In this document: positions 46,253-48,510 of the stretch, piece after piece | Layout of the letters: the number at the start of each line of letters is the position of its first letter | Numbering within the stretch: position 1 is the first letter of the stretch | Assembly (NCBI GenBank): GCA_038108555.1 | Contig: JAYNIA010000014.1 | Location: 1 to 48,510 of the forward strand | DNA: 48,510 nucleotides | From: Nitrospinota bacterium | GTDB lineage: Bacteria; Nitrospinota; Nitrospinia; Nitrospinales; VA-1 | Direction: 5' to 3' | Notes under the pieces: generated by a model | Database searches by the model: none | The model's input: the letters and a program-made list of their open reading frames with translations, nothing else | Told to the model about the DNA's origin: nothing | Made by a program: the position numbers and the translations under genes

Positions 46253-46856
46253 CCACCCCCTGTTTAGAAGAGGGTTGAAAAATGCGTTTTCAGACACACC
46301 TGATATCGAGGTGATCGCTGAAGCGGAAAACGGGGATGACTTGTTAAAGAAAATTCCAGGTTTGGACCCAAGCATTGCCCTGGTGGATGTTGCCATGCCG
46401 GGGAAAAACGGGCTGGACCTGCTAAAACAGCTTCGCGAAGAACAACCGAAGCTACCGGTACTGGTACTAACCGTATACCCGGAAGAACATTATGCCGTCC
46501 GTTTCTTCAAGGCAGGTGCCTCGGGGTTTATTACCAAAGAAAGCAGCACCGATCAAATCTATGCGGCTGTCAGGAAAGTAGCCCACGGAGGGAAATTTGC
46601 CAGCCCCGCCATCACCGAAAAACTGGCATTTGATTTTGGAAAAACCGACCGTCCATTGCATGAAAACCTGTCCGACCGTGAACATCAGGTATTCATGATG
46701 CTTGCTGAAGGTGAGTCTCCAACGGATATTGGCAAGAAACTGTCGCTGAGTGTAAAGACCATCAGTACTCACCGGTCCAGGATTTTGGATAAAATGCAGA
46801 TGAAGAAAAACGCGGAGTTGATCCACTACGCCATCTCCCACAAGCTTCTTCAGTAA
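46209..46856 (+). CDS. NarL/LuxR-family response regulator (UvrY-like)
   Basis: ADDHP, VDVAMP, GFITK; LuxR HTH LSDRE...LSLSVKTISTHRSRIL; overlaps the kinase by 44 nt. Confidence 0.96.
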   Translation: MVKTKEKIKVIIADDHPLFRRGLKNAFSDTPDIEVIAEAENGDDLLKKIPGLDPSIALVDVAMPGKNGLDLLKQLREEQPKLPVLVLTVYPEEHYAVRFFKAGASGFITKESSTDQIYAAVRKVAHGGKFASPAITEKLAFDFGKTDRPLHENLSDREHQVFMMLAEGESPTDIGKKLSLSVKTISTHRSRILDKMQMKKNAELIHYAISHKLLQ

Positions 46857-47124
46857 GAAAATCTGACTTTTAACCTAATGACCCCTGAATTACGACCAAT
46901 TGGTTTCTTTAAAACGCTATTAGGGTTTTTTCCTACAATACATATAGGTTAAATTCATACTGTTTTAGGTTTTTAGACTACTAAAAAATCAGGATTACGC
47001 CTATACCCCCGGTGAGGTGGATAAATTAGAATCTCCCCCAAGAAACTTGAAAAAGCCTTTTAAACACGTTTTTGTGGAGTGTTCTTTTAATAGTGTTTCT
47101 TTAACGCCAATTAAGGAGAGGGTT

Positions 47125-47565
47125 ATGAAAAAGATTTTTGTTTTAACAGTTGCTTTCATCGCAGGTTTTGCTCTGACAGCTAACGCAGGCAGCATTGCTC
47201 CCGGTGAAATGACCAAATGTAATGATGCCAAAAGCATCACTTTGGAAAACGCAGGTCCTGCAAACAAATCTAACGACAAATTCGGTTACACCAGTAATGA
47301 TCGTGGTGGTGCTAATGTAGTGGTTTGGAAGTCCTCAAACTTCACGACAGTTCCCATCTCATTAGGACCGAACGACAACAACGACAGTCTGAACGGTACC
47401 GATGGTGGACGTACTGGGTTGCCACAAAGAGGTGGAATGGGTAAGCATAAAGTAACCTTGACCTCCCAAAAAGCTTTTAGCCGTGGTGATTCCATTGGTG
47501 ATATTTCTGGATTGGTTAAAATCACCAACACTGGTACCAACGCTGTAACGGTTACCTGTAACTAA
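47125..47565 (+). CDS. Small secreted protein, tandem copy 1 (146 aa)
   Basis: Strong RBS TAAGGAG; signal peptide ending ANA; near-identical paralog downstream. Confidence 0.9.
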   Translation: MKKIFVLTVAFIAGFALTANAGSIAPGEMTKCNDAKSITLENAGPANKSNDKFGYTSNDRGGANVVVWKSSNFTTVPISLGPNDNNDSLNGTDGGRTGLPQRGGMGKHKVTLTSQKAFSRGDSIGDISGLVKITNTGTNAVTVTCN

Positions 47566-47613
47566 GAAAATCTGAGGAAGGACTTAATAAGCGAGTTAGG
47601 TTCTTACCCTATT

Positions 47614-47650
47614 AAGCAGCCGGCCACTCCCTGGTCGGCTGTTTTTTTTT
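47614..47650 (+). terminator. Intrinsic terminator after copy 1
   Basis: CAGCCGGCCA-CTCCC-TGGTCGGCTG followed by T9. Confidence 0.88.
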
Positions 47651-48022
47651 GCCCTTTTTCCGAATGCAGCCGCCTGTTTGGACTGCTATCCCTTCCGGTC
47701 TTTCCCTTCTTAATTTTCTAGGTTGATCCCTTTGGGTTTGTAGGAGTATAGCCTGAATGGAAAATAAATGGTTTGTCTGGCTTAGAGCTCTAATTTCTTT
47801 TTTTAATTTTTTTAAACTAAATATAATTTTTATGATAGGAAGAACCGGCCACTGGTATTGCCGATATTCCTCACGGTAAAAACAGCTTTACGCCTATATC
47901 TACAACCGGGGGTATCTATTAAACTCTCTCGCAGGAAAAATGTGAAAAAGCCTATTAACACGTTTTTGTTGAGTGTTCTATTTTGATAGTGTTTTTTTTT
48001 AACGCCATTTAAGGAGAGGGTT

Positions 48023-48463
48023 ATGAAAAAGATTTTCGCTTTAACAGTTGCTTTCATCGCAGGTTTTGCTCTGACAGCTAACGCAGGCAGCATTGCTCCT
48101 GGTGAAATGACCAAATGTAATGATGCCAAAAGCATTACCTTGGAAAACGCAGGTCCTGCAAACAAGTCTGACGACAAATTCGGTTACACCAGCAACGATC
48201 GTGGTAGCGCGAATGTTTCCGTTTGGAAATCTTCAAACTTCACCACTGTTCCCATCTCATTGGGGCCGAACGACAACAATGCAAGCCTCAATGGTACCGA
48301 TCATGGTAAAACCGGATTGCCTCAAAGAGGTGGAATGGGTGCACATAAAGTGACCCTAACCCATCAAAAGGCATTCAGCCGTGGTGATTCTATTGGTGAT
48401 ATTTCTGGATTGGTTAAAATCACCAACATTGGAACCAACTCTGTAACGGTTACCTGTAACTAA
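48023..48463 (+). CDS. Small secreted protein, tandem copy 2 (146 aa)
   Basis: 135/146 aa identical to copy 1 by manual alignment; same RBS and signal peptide. Confidence 0.9.
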   Translation: MKKIFALTVAFIAGFALTANAGSIAPGEMTKCNDAKSITLENAGPANKSDDKFGYTSNDRGSANVSVWKSSNFTTVPISLGPNDNNASLNGTDHGKTGLPQRGGMGAHKVTLTHQKAFSRGDSIGDISGLVKITNIGTNSVTVTCN

Positions 48464-48510
48464 GAATACCCAGTAAGGGCTGATTCGGTCCTTACCCTTT
48501 CAAGCAGCCG

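Larger units (their letters stand above)
46995..48510 (+). repeat. Tandem duplication of leader + gene + 3' UTR (units ~46995-47625 and ~47888-48510)
   Basis: Both units share TTACGCCTATA, GAAAAAGCCT, AACACGTTTTTGT.GAGTGTTCT, the RBS, the ORF and AAGCAGCCG at the terminator start. Confidence 0.9.

Noticed and set aside
47017..47124. 36-aa N-terminal extension of copy 1
   Set aside because: The strong RBS and the paralog both place the start at 47125
1..48510. CRISPR arrays, tRNA/rRNA genes, IS or prophage genes, sigma54 promoters
   Set aside because: By eye I found no regularly spaced repeats, cloverleafs, transposase/integrase ORFs or convincing TGGCAC-N5-TTGC sites; dedicated scans were not run

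Overview
Moderately AT-rich bacterial chromosome segment made mostly of housekeeping genes. The gene content resembles a Nitrospinota or deltaproteobacteria-like marine organism, which is my inference and not verified. Positions 1-15.5 kb hold a minus-strand translation/envelope block: purN-lolA-rseP-hyp-pepM-proS, then rimP-nusA-infB-DUF503-rbfA-truB-rpsO-pnp. Positions 15.8-26.5 kb form a signalling-rich region with two REC-GGDEF proteins, two HDOD proteins, a secreted ankyrin-repeat protein, an MBL hydrolase and greA-trmB. The rest encodes a fused 5-oxoprolinase, REP-like palindromes, a Zn-dependent dehydrogenase, TRAP T/P components, a PpiC chaperone, a membrane-fused spermidine-synthase-like protein, an M1 peptidase, a radical SAM plus ABC-class ATPase pair, a GAF kinase/NarL pair, and a tandem pair of about 92% identical small secreted proteins. 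The most notable observations are: (1) an in-frame fusion of a response-regulator module (REC, degenerate AAA+, HTH) to an apparently intact LpxC; (2) an orphan PEP mutase-nucleotidyltransferase fusion inside a housekeeping operon; (3) the duplicated secreted-protein cassette with conserved UTR structures; (4) a three-way-junction rpsO leader RNA. I saw no tRNA, rRNA, CRISPR array or transposase.
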